Below, piece by piece: positions 40,623 to 51,485 of a stretch of DNA of 64,000 nucleotides; within the stretch, counting starts at the first letter, position 1; each line of letters opens with the position of its first letter. Origin of the DNA: Gemmatales bacterium (GTDB lineage Bacteria; Planctomycetota; Planctomycetia; Gemmatales; HRBIN36). The notes under the pieces are model-generated. The model was not told where the DNA came from and made no database searches. It saw only the letters and a program-made list of their open reading frames with translations. Position numbers and translations under genes: made by a program. The DNA lies in the NCBI GenBank assembly GCA_041640595.1, contig JBEPZY010000001.1, positions 352,001 to 416,000 of the forward strand, read 5' to 3'.

Positions 40623-41267
40623 ATGTGCGGGCATCTAAATTCTGTTGATCTACGATGGGCAATGGCTGCTATGCTGGCAGGTGTTATAGGTTGTGGGGGC
40701 TCGTCTGGCGGGCCTTCTCAGATCGCCGGGAAAGCGAGTTCCGACCAATATCCCACTCAAAAACCCGATAGTGCCGTACCCGCAGCTTCCACAGTTCCAC
40801 TGTTTCCCCTCCCGTTACCACTCCCCGATAAACATGGTCCTTCCGAGACGCCTAGTGTTTCCACTGCGTCTTCGGTATCAGTCGCACCAACTTCATCCTC
40901 GCATCCGACTAACACTCGCCCCGTTGGGCCTTTTGGGGTTCGCCAAATTACTTTAGGCCTAAACGACTTGCGCCAAGCCGGAGCACTGTTACTTGCGTAT
41001 TATAGTGAAAACAACGGCTGGCCGCGCAACGATGTGGAATTGCAAACCGCTTTGCGCGAAATGCCGTATGTATATAAAGCTATTCAGTCGGGCGATTATA
41101 TCTTTGTCCCAGCTAAGAATCCTAATCTAGCGCCAGGGGCGCAGACGGTCATCATTTATGAAAAACTGCCAGATAAATCAGGAATTCGGCTGGTATTATT
41201 TGGCGACGGCTCCGTGAAACGAATGTCTCTAGGCGAATTCAACCAGCTTAAGCTGCCAATGCCATAA
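40623..41267 (+). CDS. Hypothetical lipoprotein inserted in the nuo operon
   Basis: Hydrophobic stretch plus VIGC lipobox, Pro/Ser-rich linker, and C-terminal IIYE...LVLFGDGSV. Confidence 0.7.
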   Translation: MCGHLNSVDLRWAMAAMLAGVIGCGGSSGGPSQIAGKASSDQYPTQKPDSAVPAASTVPLFPLPLPLPDKHGPSETPSVSTASSVSVAPTSSSHPTNTRPVGPFGVRQITLGLNDLRQAGALLLAYYSENNGWPRNDVELQTALREMPYVYKAIQSGDYIFVPAKNPNLAPGAQTVIIYEKLPDKSGIRLVLFGDGSVKRMSLGEFNQLKLPMP

Positions 41268-41288
41268 CTGTGAGGAATTGTCCCAGCC

Positions 41289-42944
41289 ATGGCCATTATT
41301 ACCATCAATGGTCGCGATATAGAGTTTGGCGAGCAGGAAAGCCTAAACTTGATCCAGGCAGCGCAACGAGCCGGTATAGAAATTCCGCATTACTGCTGGC
41401 ACCCTGCTCTCAGCGTGGTAGCAAGCTGCCGTATGTGTCTGGTTGAGGTAGGCGAGAAGCGCGCCGATGGTTCAGTAGCCATGCAGCCCCGCTTGGTGCC
41501 AGCTTGTCAAACACCAGCTCGCCACGGAACAGTCGTCATCACCAATAGTCCTAAGGTTAGGGCCGCGCAGGCTGCGACTTTAGAGTTCTTGCTACTTAAC
41601 CATCCCTTAGACTGCCCAGTGTGCGACCAGGCGGGCGAATGTTGGCTCCAGGATTACAGCTATAAATACGGCCGATCCCGCAGTCGCCTTCGCGATGAAA
41701 AACTCATTCGCCCCGACAAAGATTATATTGGCGAGCAAATTGTTCTTTTTACCGACCGTTGTATCATGTGTACCCGGTGTGTTCGCTTTACTCGCGAAAT
41801 AAGCGGCACGGCAGAATTGCAAGTTATCCGCCGGGGTGATCATGCCGAGATTGACGTATTCCCGGGCAAACCTTGCAATAACAAGCTCGCAGGCAACGTA
41901 GTGGACATATGCCCTGTCGGTGCCTTATGTAGCAAAGACTTCCTTTATAAGCAGCGAGTGTGGTTCCTCAAACAACAAAAATCGGTCTGCCCCCATTGCT
42001 CGACGGGTTGCAGCGTCTGGATTGACTGGAATAAGAACATCGTGTACCGCATTCGTCCCCGTTATAACCCTCAAGTGAACGGTCACTTCATTTGCGACGA
42101 TGGCCGTTTTGGTTACCACCACATTAATAGTAACGAAAGATTGCGTCTGCCAATGCAGCGGCAGGGTAGTGCCTGGGTGCCGACGAGTTGGCCGGAATGG
42201 AAACAAGCATTTTTAGCATATTTAGAGCGTATTTCTCGTCAAGATGGCGGCAATTCCTTGGCATTGATACTATCCCCTTGGCTGACACTGGAAGAAACCT
42301 GGTTGGCGATTCAGGTCGTGAAATCGTCATGTCCTGAGACCAGACTAATAATGGGGCCGGTTCGCGATTCTGGTGCAGACGATCTTTACCCGAAAGGTCC
42401 GCGTGGTGAGCCGCCTCTCCGCGAGCGTGCAAAGTTCATAATTCATGGAGAAAAAGCTCCGAACCGAAAAGGTGTTGAACTATTAATTCGGCATTTTCAG
42501 AACGAGACCTTAACATGGGATCAAGGCATGGATATGATTGCTAGTGGAACGGTCCGCGATGCAATTTTCATAGACGCGGATCCTATATATGATCTCTCCA
42601 ATGGTGAAATTAGAACTCTAGGTCAGCTTAATACGTTCATTGCTTGGTCTCTTTTCAAGAAAAATGGCTTGGACATTATCCCCCACTGGCTTATTCCCGC
42701 CACTAGCTTTGCTGAGAAGTCTGGAACGTATGTCAACTGTCAAGGTGTTGCGCAATCAGTGCGGCCTGCTATTACGCCTTATGCGAACATTTGGCCCGAA
42801 GCACGATTTTTTTGGGAAGTGCTGGGACGTGCCGGGCTGTTCCAACCTGCCTCAATTCGACGGGAAATGGCTACGGCTATTGCATCGCTTAAGCCCCTTG
42901 CCTGCGATGACCTTGGAGAATATGGAATACGTCTCGATATCTGA
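41289..42944 (+). CDS. nuoG: NADH-quinone oxidoreductase subunit G (short form)
   Basis: HYCWHP, CRMCLVE, HPLDCPVCDQAGEC, CIMCTRCVRF and CPHCSTGC motifs. Confidence 0.92.
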   Translation: MAIITINGRDIEFGEQESLNLIQAAQRAGIEIPHYCWHPALSVVASCRMCLVEVGEKRADGSVAMQPRLVPACQTPARHGTVVITNSPKVRAAQAATLEFLLLNHPLDCPVCDQAGECWLQDYSYKYGRSRSRLRDEKLIRPDKDYIGEQIVLFTDRCIMCTRCVRFTREISGTAELQVIRRGDHAEIDVFPGKPCNNKLAGNVVDICPVGALCSKDFLYKQRVWFLKQQKSVCPHCSTGCSVWIDWNKNIVYRIRPRYNPQVNGHFICDDGRFGYHHINSNERLRLPMQRQGSAWVPTSWPEWKQAFLAYLERISRQDGGNSLALILSPWLTLEETWLAIQVVKSSCPETRLIMGPVRDSGADDLYPKGPRGEPPLRERAKFIIHGEKAPNRKGVELLIRHFQNETLTWDQGMDMIASGTVRDAIFIDADPIYDLSNGEIRTLGQLNTFIAWSLFKKNGLDIIPHWLIPATSFAEKSGTYVNCQGVAQSVRPAITPYANIWPEARFFWEVLGRAGLFQPASIRREMATAIASLKPLACDDLGEYGIRLDI

Positions 42945-42968
42945 TCCCGCATATTAAGGAAGAACAGG

Positions 42969-44093
42969 ATGAACTGGGCAACTGTAGCATTGATTATTTT
43001 TGTCCTCAGCTTCTTACAAGCAACCTGTGCGTATCTTATCTATTTAGAGCGCAAGGTGGCAGCATGGGTGCAGGATCGTAAAGGCCCTAATCGAGTCGGC
43101 CCATGGGGGCTTTTCCAACCTATTGCGGATGGGCTAAAGTTTTTGTTCAAAGAACAAGTGGTGCCAGGCCATGTGAATTTGGTTCTATACTTCGTTGCCC
43201 CGAGCATTGCAGTGGTAACTACTAGTCTTGCTTTTGCAGTGGTACCCTTCGGCCCAACAGACGTACCAGACCAGGCAGGATTGCGATATGTCATTGCGCC
43301 CAATATTGATATCGGTTTGCTCTTTATCTTTGCCATTAGTAGTCTCAATGTCTATGCGATCATTTTGGGGGGGTGGTCATCTAACAATAAGTATAGCCTG
43401 TTAGGAGCATTGCGTTCAAGTGCTCAAATTATTAGTTACGAGATCCCGCTGGCCCTAACAGCCCTGGGAGTTATCTGCCTGGCTGGAACCCTGAACCTAG
43501 AGAAGATTCTTAATATGCAAGCACAGGCTGGCCTGCGAGGCTGGTTTATTTGGTATCAACCCCTTGGTTGGTTGCTATTTTTTGTCTGTGCTTTGGCGGA
43601 AAGCAATCGCCTGCCTTTTGACCTGCCTGAGGCAGAGCAGGAACTAGTCGGCGGTTACCACACGGAGTACAGCGGCTTGAAATTTGCCCTATTCTTCTTG
43701 GGCGAATATACACATGTGATAACTGTTAGCTTTCTGCTTTCCATCCTGTACTTCGGTGGATGGCATTTCCCCGGTATCGCAGAGTACGACGTTCGTTATC
43801 CAGGGGCTGTGCTTGTTAAGGTGTTAGTGCTTTGGATCAAGGCGGCAATCTTCATACTTCTAATCATGTTAGTTCGCTGGACATTGCCGCGCTTTCGTTT
43901 CGACCAATTGATGCACCTGGCCTGGTTGGGCCTTACTCCTTTGGCCCTACTTAACCTGCTTACGGTTATTCTCGTTCAACACTTTGAGCTAGATTACTGG
44001 TTATTGCCCGTCTTCGCTGTGGCCGTTTTAGTTGGCTTCGCTCTTCTCATATCCCGTGAGGTCACAAAAGTACCAGCTACGAGTGAGGTGTAA
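42969..44093 (+). CDS. nuoH: NADH-quinone oxidoreductase subunit H
   Basis: GPNRVGP, QPIADGLK and PFDLPEAEQELVGGYHTEYS motifs. Confidence 0.96.
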   Translation: MNWATVALIIFVLSFLQATCAYLIYLERKVAAWVQDRKGPNRVGPWGLFQPIADGLKFLFKEQVVPGHVNLVLYFVAPSIAVVTTSLAFAVVPFGPTDVPDQAGLRYVIAPNIDIGLLFIFAISSLNVYAIILGGWSSNNKYSLLGALRSSAQIISYEIPLALTALGVICLAGTLNLEKILNMQAQAGLRGWFIWYQPLGWLLFFVCALAESNRLPFDLPEAEQELVGGYHTEYSGLKFALFFLGEYTHVITVSFLLSILYFGGWHFPGIAEYDVRYPGAVLVKVLVLWIKAAIFILLIMLVRWTLPRFRFDQLMHLAWLGLTPLALLNLLTVILVQHFELDYWLLPVFAVAVLVGFALLISREVTKVPATSEV

Positions 44094-44094
44094 A

Positions 44095-44685
44095 ATGCCC
44101 ATCGCCAAGTCTGAAATCAAATGGGTAGATGAACGTCCAATGAGGGCCTGGGAAGCGATGTACTTGCCAGCCATTTTGGAAGGTCTAAGGACAACCGTGC
44201 GACACATGTTTGCACCGAAAATCACTTTAGAATTTCCTGAGCAAAAGCCTCAGCTGCCTCCACACTACAAAGGTGTGCACCGCCTTAATCGCGACGAGCA
44301 GGGGCGCGTACGCTGTGTTGCTTGTTATCTATGCGCAACTGCTTGCCCTGCTCACTGTATAGACATCGTAGCTGCTCCCTCTCCATGGCCCGACAGAGAA
44401 AAGTATCCCGAGGTCTTCGTAATTGATGAGCTACGATGTATTTATTGTGGCATGTGTGAAGAAGCTTGTCCAGTGGATGCTATTGAGCTTACCACACTTT
44501 ATGATTTGACTGGTTACTCCCGTGAGGAAATGCTTTTTGACAAGGAGAAACTATTAGCAATCTATGACTATACGGTGAGCAAAGGAACGGAAACGATTAG
44601 GACTACGCGGGGCTCGCTTGGGCCTGCTTCGGAAATCATAGCCCAGGACCACACGATTTCGGCATTCTCGGATGATCGGCTCTAG
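44095..44685 (+). CDS. nuoI: NADH-quinone oxidoreductase subunit I
   Basis: Two CxxCxxCxxxCP motifs. Confidence 0.95.
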   Translation: MPIAKSEIKWVDERPMRAWEAMYLPAILEGLRTTVRHMFAPKITLEFPEQKPQLPPHYKGVHRLNRDEQGRVRCVACYLCATACPAHCIDIVAAPSPWPDREKYPEVFVIDELRCIYCGMCEEACPVDAIELTTLYDLTGYSREEMLFDKEKLLAIYDYTVSKGTETIRTTRGSLGPASEIIAQDHTISAFSDDRL

Positions 44686-44724
44686 GCTGTACCGGGGGAA
44701 ATGGGCAACAGGGTGTAGCTTACT

Positions 44725-45816
44725 ATGCCAGTGCAGGAAACGCTACGTCATCCATTCTGGCTAACCACGGCTTTTATCCTATTGGCATTTCTAGGGCTAT
44801 ATTGGAGTCTAACATCCACTAGGCGCAAAGGAATGATTCTAGGTTTGTCGCTCGCATTGGTAGGGCTAGGCGTACAGGGCATGTTTCTACTCTGGGTCAC
44901 AACTGGGCTGCCCTGGGTCGATGTTGGCACGCTTATCTTTGCTGGACTAGCCTGCGGTGCAGCTTTTCTAATCATCGCTGTTCGAGATCCTCTTTACGCT
45001 GCTTTAAGTTTCGCCGTTTGCATCGTAGCCATAAGCGGCCTATTCCTGGTCTACTCAGCCGAGTTTGTAATGGCGGCGACCATTATCATATATACGGGGG
45101 CGATAGTAGTGACTTTTCTGTTCGTAGTTATGTTGGCAAGGCAAGCTGACCATTCTACCTATGATTTTGTTCCGCGGGAGCCTGTACTAGCATGTATTGG
45201 CGGGTTTCTTCTTTCGACTGGCCTCGGAATGCCCCTTTTTCAAATGGCGGCTGGGGGCAACTTACAATACAAAATTGACGGTATAGAGTCTGCGAACGGG
45301 AAAATTGCGGAACGGGAATTGGGCAAGCTGACGAAACAAGCCTTGCGCTCATTGCAGCCTATCAAACATGCAATCCGGGAAACTTTGCCAAAAGAGAAAA
45401 TTATTCGCCTTTTGATGGATGGCACCGCTGATATTCCGTCCCTCATGGATGTGATGGATAAGATCATCGGACGAGAATGGGTGAGAAACGGCTTTCTGCA
45501 ACGAAAACTGAAGGAGCTAAGGGCTGCTTACGACCAATTGGCCGGCACGCTTGCGCTAGAACCTGTGGACTACGATAAATGTGAAAGCCTGGTTTCGGCA
45601 TTAGAGCACCTGATAAATAATCTGAATGAGACAATAACTGGCCACTATGTTCTAACAAAAACCGACGTTAGATCGTCAACGCGTGGCATAGGCCAGGCCT
45701 TGTATAGCTACTTTTCCGTGCCGATCCAGTTAGCGGGTTGGCTTCTATTACTTGCGACTGTGGGAACATACTTAATAGGCGCGTCAGGGCAGCAACTTGC
45801 GACTAGGAGAGGATAG
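44725..45816 (+). CDS. nuoJ: NADH-quinone oxidoreductase subunit J (extended)
   Basis: DPLYAAL, AEFV...IIIYTGAIVVTFLFVVML motifs and operon position. Confidence 0.85.
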   Translation: MPVQETLRHPFWLTTAFILLAFLGLYWSLTSTRRKGMILGLSLALVGLGVQGMFLLWVTTGLPWVDVGTLIFAGLACGAAFLIIAVRDPLYAALSFAVCIVAISGLFLVYSAEFVMAATIIIYTGAIVVTFLFVVMLARQADHSTYDFVPREPVLACIGGFLLSTGLGMPLFQMAAGGNLQYKIDGIESANGKIAERELGKLTKQALRSLQPIKHAIRETLPKEKIIRLLMDGTADIPSLMDVMDKIIGREWVRNGFLQRKLKELRAAYDQLAGTLALEPVDYDKCESLVSALEHLINNLNETITGHYVLTKTDVRSSTRGIGQALYSYFSVPIQLAGWLLLLATVGTYLIGASGQQLATRRG

Positions 45817-45817
45817 C

Positions 45818-46177
45818 GTGTACGCTTTAGGATTATGGTCTTCGATAATCTTATTCGTGGCCGGAGTCCTGGGATTTATTGTGCGGAGGAACGCTATTGT
45901 AATGGTCCTGTGTGCAGAGTTGGCTATACAGGGTGCCACCCTCAACTTTATTGCTGGGTCAGCCAAACATCAGGATTACGGGGGACAGATTTTCGCTATT
46001 TTCATAATCACGATTGCCGCTTGCGAAGCAGCACTTGCGCTCATGCTGATATTGCAAATGTACAAGCGTAAAAATACGCTAGACATTTCGGTGTGGTCGG
46101 AACTAGGAGAAGAGCCTTATTTCGGAGAGGAACAGAGTTCGAGGCACATGCCAATTCTCCGTAAACCGGATAACTAA
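45818..46177 (+). CDS. nuoK: NADH-quinone oxidoreductase subunit K
   Basis: RRNAIVMVLCAE and GQIFAIFIITIAACEAALAL motifs. Confidence 0.92.
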   Translation: MYALGLWSSIILFVAGVLGFIVRRNAIVMVLCAELAIQGATLNFIAGSAKHQDYGGQIFAIFIITIAACEAALALMLILQMYKRKNTLDISVWSELGEEPYFGEEQSSRHMPILRKPDN

Positions 46178-46240
46178 TACGCCCTCGGAAACAAACAGAC
46201 GAATACAAGGGCTTGCTGCCAAACACTGTCGGGATTTTTT

Positions 46241-48208
46241 ATGCTTGCTGTGGAACAGGGATTGGTCTGGAATATAAATCACATCGGGTACTGGTTAATT
46301 CCTTTGGGGCCGCTATGTGGCCTACTGGTGTGCGCTGGGCTTGCATTTAGCAGTCAGCTTAGCGTTCGTCGGCTCGCGCACTGGCCATGCGTGCTGGGTG
46401 TTCTTGTCGCGTTTCTTGGCTCTATCATGGCTGTGCTCAATGTACTGCGTGAACCTCAGCATATAGCTATCTTTCCAATTTATACGTGGATTGCTACGGA
46501 CGGTTTTCGTATAGGGGTGAATTTATATTACGATTCATTGTCTTGTGTAATGGTTTGCCTGGTTAGTTCAGTCAGCTTATTGGTGGCTGTCTATTCAACT
46601 GGCTACATGAAAGATGACGAGGGATATGGCCGATATTTCACAGTCATGTCACTTTTCGTGTTTAGCATGGTCATGCTGGTTTTGTCGGATAACTATTTGA
46701 CAATGTATATGTTCTGGGAGGGAGTGGGACTATGCAGCTACTTGCTTATTGGCCATTGGTATGAACGCCCCGCTGCTAGTGCAGCTGCACTAAAAGCCTT
46801 CTTAGTTAATCGAGTTGGTGACCTGGCTTTCATGCTGGCGATATTGCTGATCTGGATAAACTGCGGAACCCTGCAATTAGTTGGTGTCTGGGTAGCGGCG
46901 GCTGGATTAGCTTGGCCTACAACCGTGCTTATATGTTTGCTTTTGTTAGGCGGGGCGAGCGCTAAATCAGCTCAGTTTCCTCTTCATGTGTGGTTGCCGG
47001 ACGCTATGGAGGGGCCAACCCCTGTAAGTGCGCTGATTCACGCAGCCACCATGGTAACTGCTGGCGTGTATCTTTTGGCACGAAGTTCGTTTCTGTTAGC
47101 CGGTGCGCCAGAAGCCCAGGTTGTGGTTATGGTCATTGGCATAACTACCGCCCTACTGGCCGCTCTCATGGCGATTACTCAGTACGACCTAAAAAGAGTG
47201 CTCGCTTATTCGACGATAAGCCAGTTAGGATTAATGTTTACCAGTCTTGGTGTAGCTGGTTACTCCGAGCAGATTTTGCCGGTAGCTGCCTCAGCAGCAA
47301 TTTTTCACCTGTGTATGCACGGATTTTTCAAGGCCCTTCTCTTCCTATCGGCCGGCAATATTATGCACGCGACGCATGGCATTATTGATATGCGTTTGTT
47401 AGGCGGCTTAAGGCGAAGCCTTCCGTATACCCATGCTTGCTTTGCGATAGGAGGGCTTGGCCTTGCAGCGATACCACCTTTGGCGGGATTTTGGAGTAAA
47501 GAAGCGATACTTGAAGCCATGGTTTTCGCTGCTCAGAAAACGCAGCATTGGGGAATTTGGTCGGTGATAAGCTGCTATTACCTCACTGGTTTGTTGACGG
47601 CTTTTTACATCACGCGGGCTTATGTACTGACATTTTGGGGTGAAATAAAACTGGATACCGAAACAGCTCAACACGTCCATGAACCATCTAAGATTATGGC
47701 GGCTCCGGTCCTGCTGCTCGCCCTGGCCACTCTAGTGTTAGGCGTTGTCCTTGGGCCGACAGGCCTGTTTCAGAAATTCCTGCATCTGTCAGAACCATTT
47801 GGTCCGGTAATTGGTAATCACCACAGTTCTATAGCGTGGATATTAGTGAGCATTGCAGTGGCATTGTCCGGGGCAGTGTTCGCTGCATACACATATGGGT
47901 CGGCTCCTGGTCTGCGTACGAAACTGGTAAGGTGGCTGGGCGTGGTTTATATCCTTAGCGCCGGCAGGTTTTTTATTGATGAATTCTACCGCTTCGCTAT
48001 AGTTAAGCCTAGCCAGCTATTAGCTGCGATTGCTGAATGGTTAGATAAACTTATAGATGGATTGATAGACCTAACTGGCTGGCTGGTGTGGTCAATGGGA
48101 CGCTTATTGCGGCCCATGCAAAATGGCCAAGTGCAGTTTTACGCGCTTGCCATGTTGCTGGGCTTGGTTGTTTTCTGCCTAGTGCTGGTCAGCAAATGGG
48201 GTGGATGA
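46241..48208 (+). CDS. nuoL: NADH-quinone oxidoreductase subunit L
   Basis: WEGVGLCSYLLIG and KSAQFPLHVWLPDAMEGPTPVSALIHAATMV motifs. Confidence 0.96.
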   Translation: MLAVEQGLVWNINHIGYWLIPLGPLCGLLVCAGLAFSSQLSVRRLAHWPCVLGVLVAFLGSIMAVLNVLREPQHIAIFPIYTWIATDGFRIGVNLYYDSLSCVMVCLVSSVSLLVAVYSTGYMKDDEGYGRYFTVMSLFVFSMVMLVLSDNYLTMYMFWEGVGLCSYLLIGHWYERPAASAAALKAFLVNRVGDLAFMLAILLIWINCGTLQLVGVWVAAAGLAWPTTVLICLLLLGGASAKSAQFPLHVWLPDAMEGPTPVSALIHAATMVTAGVYLLARSSFLLAGAPEAQVVVMVIGITTALLAALMAITQYDLKRVLAYSTISQLGLMFTSLGVAGYSEQILPVAASAAIFHLCMHGFFKALLFLSAGNIMHATHGIIDMRLLGGLRRSLPYTHACFAIGGLGLAAIPPLAGFWSKEAILEAMVFAAQKTQHWGIWSVISCYYLTGLLTAFYITRAYVLTFWGEIKLDTETAQHVHEPSKIMAAPVLLLALATLVLGVVLGPTGLFQKFLHLSEPFGPVIGNHHSSIAWILVSIAVALSGAVFAAYTYGSAPGLRTKLVRWLGVVYILSAGRFFIDEFYRFAIVKPSQLLAAIAEWLDKLIDGLIDLTGWLVWSMGRLLRPMQNGQVQFYALAMLLGLVVFCLVLVSKWGG

Positions 48209-49880
48209 AATGATAGATCGAGTCATTGCATTGTGGATGTCGGAGTCCCCGAATTTACTTGAAATTTTTATGTGGATGACCCTATTAGCTCCTCTAATTG
48301 CATGCGTAGCGGTCGTGATAACGGGTGAAAGAAGAAGTGCTTTGATTCCCTGGGTCTCTCTATTCTTCGCCCTGATAACCTTTGTCGGTGCCTGCGGCAT
48401 GTTCGTGACCTATAGGGTTTTGATCGAACATAGGCTCTGGTCGAAGCAGCAATCAGCATCGCCTATATTGCTTTTTGAGCAAGACCTGCTTAAACTTGGG
48501 TCAGAGGCCAATTTTCTACATTTCCGGTGCTTGTTCGGGGTAGATGGTATTAGCGTGGCCCTGATATGGTTAGTTTCGGTATTGGGAGTAAGTAGCATCT
48601 TGATTTCAATGAAGACAATACGTAACAGGATCGTGGAATACTATGCATTGGTGCTCGTCATGCTGACTGCGTGTGTCGGGTTTTTTCTCTCGTTCGATTT
48701 ACTCCTCTTCTATTTGTTCTTCGAGTTTACGTTGCTTCCAATGTTTTTCCTTATCGGTATCTGGGGTGGGCCGGAAAGAAGGTATGCGGCAGGTAAGTTT
48801 TTCATATACACGTTCGTTGGAAGCTTGATTGGTTTGGTGGCGTTGCTGGCATTTGTAGTGCAAGTCCACAGCCTCGCCAAAGAGCTGCATTTAGGTATGG
48901 AATTTCGACAGGGTAGTTGCTCCCTTGTTGACCTAGCTGCCATTAGTAGGGATATCACTCACCAAAGCCTACGTGATGCTGCGGTTCTGACTAAATGGAG
49001 CGGTTTGCAAATCTGGGTGTTCTGGGGTTTGTTTCTGGCCTTTGCCATCAAGGTGCCTTTGGTGCCGTTGCACACCTGGCTGCCTTTGGCTCACGTGGAG
49101 GCGCCTACTGCGGGAAGTGTTTTTTTAGCAGGAATCCTTTTGAAGCTCGGTACCTATGGCTTTCTCAGGGTTTGCCTGCCTCTTTTGCCAACAGCGACAT
49201 TGCAATACGGAACCACCGTAATACCTATATTAGCCTTGGTGGGCATAATTTACGGTTCATTTTGCGCTGCCGGTCAGATAGATATTAAGCGACTGATTGC
49301 GTATAGCTCTATCGCGCACATGGGCTTTTGTATGCTAGGGATGATGTCACTCAACACTACCGGCTTGTCTGGCAGCGTGTTGGAAATGGTCAATCACGGC
49401 TTATCTACCGGGGGACTATTTTTGTTGGTCGGCATGTTATACGATCGTTATCATTCGCGTCTAATGGGACAGTTTGGTGGGCTGGCAAAAAGGCTGCCGA
49501 TATGGGCGTTCTTTCTAATATGGCTAAGCATGGCGAGCATTGCCTTGCCCGGACTGAATGGTTTTATTAGCGAGACTTTGTGCTTAGCCGGAATGTTTCG
49601 CGTTTCACCTATGTATGCGGTTCTGGGAGCAGTGGGTATTATCCTTGGCGCCTGGTATATGTTGGAGATGATACGTAAGGTTGTGTTCGGACCACTGCGA
49701 GAGCCAGAGCAGCCACACGATGAGGCTGAGGCAGTGCAGGACTTGAACATGTACGAGTGGTTAGCCATCGCTCTACCGGCTATACTTTGCTTAGTACTCG
49801 GTTTATATCCGAAGGCGATTTTTGATATTATCCGGCCCGATGTGCAGGCGCTTGCGTCCCTTTTCGAATCTCTTCGCTAG
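48201..49880 (+). CDS. nuoM: NADH-quinone oxidoreductase subunit M
   Basis: KVPLVPLHTWLPLAHVEAPTAGS and LKLGTYG motifs. Start approximate. Confidence 0.95.
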   Translation: MDEMIDRVIALWMSESPNLLEIFMWMTLLAPLIACVAVVITGERRSALIPWVSLFFALITFVGACGMFVTYRVLIEHRLWSKQQSASPILLFEQDLLKLGSEANFLHFRCLFGVDGISVALIWLVSVLGVSSILISMKTIRNRIVEYYALVLVMLTACVGFFLSFDLLLFYLFFEFTLLPMFFLIGIWGGPERRYAAGKFFIYTFVGSLIGLVALLAFVVQVHSLAKELHLGMEFRQGSCSLVDLAAISRDITHQSLRDAAVLTKWSGLQIWVFWGLFLAFAIKVPLVPLHTWLPLAHVEAPTAGSVFLAGILLKLGTYGFLRVCLPLLPTATLQYGTTVIPILALVGIIYGSFCAAGQIDIKRLIAYSSIAHMGFCMLGMMSLNTTGLSGSVLEMVNHGLSTGGLFLLVGMLYDRYHSRLMGQFGGLAKRLPIWAFFLIWLSMASIALPGLNGFISETLCLAGMFRVSPMYAVLGAVGIILGAWYMLEMIRKVVFGPLREPEQPHDEAEAVQDLNMYEWLAIALPAILCLVLGLYPKAIFDIIRPDVQALASLFESLR

Positions 49881-49894
49881 GGAGGGCAGCAACA

Positions 49895-51403
49895 GTGCAA
49901 TCTGTTTATCAAACATTCACAGAAAACTGGATAATCATTTTGCCGGAATTGCTGCTACTTGGCGTGGCAGCCTTGAGCGTGCTAGGTGGCTTATGGGTCA
50001 GGTCGAGGGATGTTTGGGCAGTTATCTGCCTAACGGGGCTAATTGTCGGCATGCTGATACTGGTTACAAAAATTCCATCGCAATGGCCCTCGCAGTGGAT
50101 ACCCTCAGCAAGCTTGTTCATGACTGATGAGCTGAGAGTGGTATTGAGAGGATTTAGTTTTTTTACGGGCATGGTTTTATTGCTTCTGTGTTGGACGCAG
50201 GCCAGACAGGATTACTCGCCGGAGTTTTATGCCTGTTTACTAGGGGCAATTGCAGGGATAGGGATGGCTATTGCTGCTTATGACTTGGTCGCGCTATTCC
50301 TGGCATTAGAAACAGTAAGTATCCCTACCTATATTGGGCTCTATATCTTACGTCGTGACAACCCCGGCCTGGAAGCAACTGTGAAGTACTTTCTTTTGAG
50401 CATTTTCTCTTCGGGTATCTTTCTCTTCGGAACCAGTTTGCTTTACTTTGAAGCTGGTAGCACCAATTACTTGCGAATTCAGTTAGCTCTGGCACAAGGG
50501 GCTGACGCTTCGACCCTAATACTGAGTGGCGTTTTGGTCATAGCCGGGTTGAGTTTCAGGCTTGCAGCGGTGCCGTTTCATTTTTATGCACCTGATGTAT
50601 TTGTTGGTACTCATCCGGCGGGAGCTGCTTTCCTGGCTGTTGTGCCTAAGATCGTCGGTGTTATCAGCATAATGCAGTTGCTAACGGAAATCTATAGCAG
50701 CGCAGCGAAAGTCTCACCAGCTGAAGTCAGTGTGCTTCAGGTTTTATTGGTGGCTTTAGGAATTCTGGCTGCGGCCAGCATGGTGCTGGGTAATATAGCT
50801 GGTTTACTACAGACTGAACTGTACCGGCTGCTCGCCTATTCGAGTATTGCTCACGCAGGCTATATGTTAGTGGGTCTGGCGGCGGGAAGCGATGGCACTC
50901 CGGTATCTGGTTACCAAGCAGTCGTTTTTTACCTGGGAACTTACCTTCTTATGACAATTGGTACCTTCGCAGGCCTGTTGTGTGTCAGACAGGATGGGAA
51001 GCTGCTGGCTTACATTGACGAGCTGTCGGGATTGGCTCAGGTGAGACCGGGATTGGCGTTATTGTTAGCGGTGGGCCTGTTTAGTTTGGTCGGCTTACCG
51101 CCTACAGCAGGTTTCTGGGGCAAAGTGAATTTGTTCTTAGCAACCTGGTATGCTCCAGGAGGTCGGAGTTTGTTACGTTTTCTGGCCGTTTTTTTAGCAA
51201 TCAATGCCGCTGTAGGGGCCTGGTATTATTTGCGGGTGATCGGAATTATGTACCTGCGACAGCCGATTAAACCGTTTGACAAGGTGAATGACTGGCCAGC
51301 TTTGCTCGCCTGCTCGGTGTGTACAGTATTGACGGTGGTGTTATTTTTCGTGCCTGGCTTGTGGTGGAAGCCTATCGAAAACGCTTTCGGCATGATTCGC
51401 TGA
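49895..51403 (+). CDS. nuoN: NADH-quinone oxidoreductase subunit N
   Basis: EATVKYF, AVPFHFYAPDV, LAYSSIAHAGY and GLPPTAGF motifs. Confidence 0.95.
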   Translation: MQSVYQTFTENWIIILPELLLLGVAALSVLGGLWVRSRDVWAVICLTGLIVGMLILVTKIPSQWPSQWIPSASLFMTDELRVVLRGFSFFTGMVLLLLCWTQARQDYSPEFYACLLGAIAGIGMAIAAYDLVALFLALETVSIPTYIGLYILRRDNPGLEATVKYFLLSIFSSGIFLFGTSLLYFEAGSTNYLRIQLALAQGADASTLILSGVLVIAGLSFRLAAVPFHFYAPDVFVGTHPAGAAFLAVVPKIVGVISIMQLLTEIYSSAAKVSPAEVSVLQVLLVALGILAAASMVLGNIAGLLQTELYRLLAYSSIAHAGYMLVGLAAGSDGTPVSGYQAVVFYLGTYLLMTIGTFAGLLCVRQDGKLLAYIDELSGLAQVRPGLALLLAVGLFSLVGLPPTAGFWGKVNLFLATWYAPGGRSLLRFLAVFLAINAAVGAWYYLRVIGIMYLRQPIKPFDKVNDWPALLACSVCTVLTVVLFFVPGLWWKPIENAFGMIR

Positions 51404-51485
51404 TCGGATGGAATTAATGTAGTCAGGCGGAGGGCTGATGGACGGATAGCGAATTTTGGACCAACCTTTGTTAGTCGGGCTGGAA

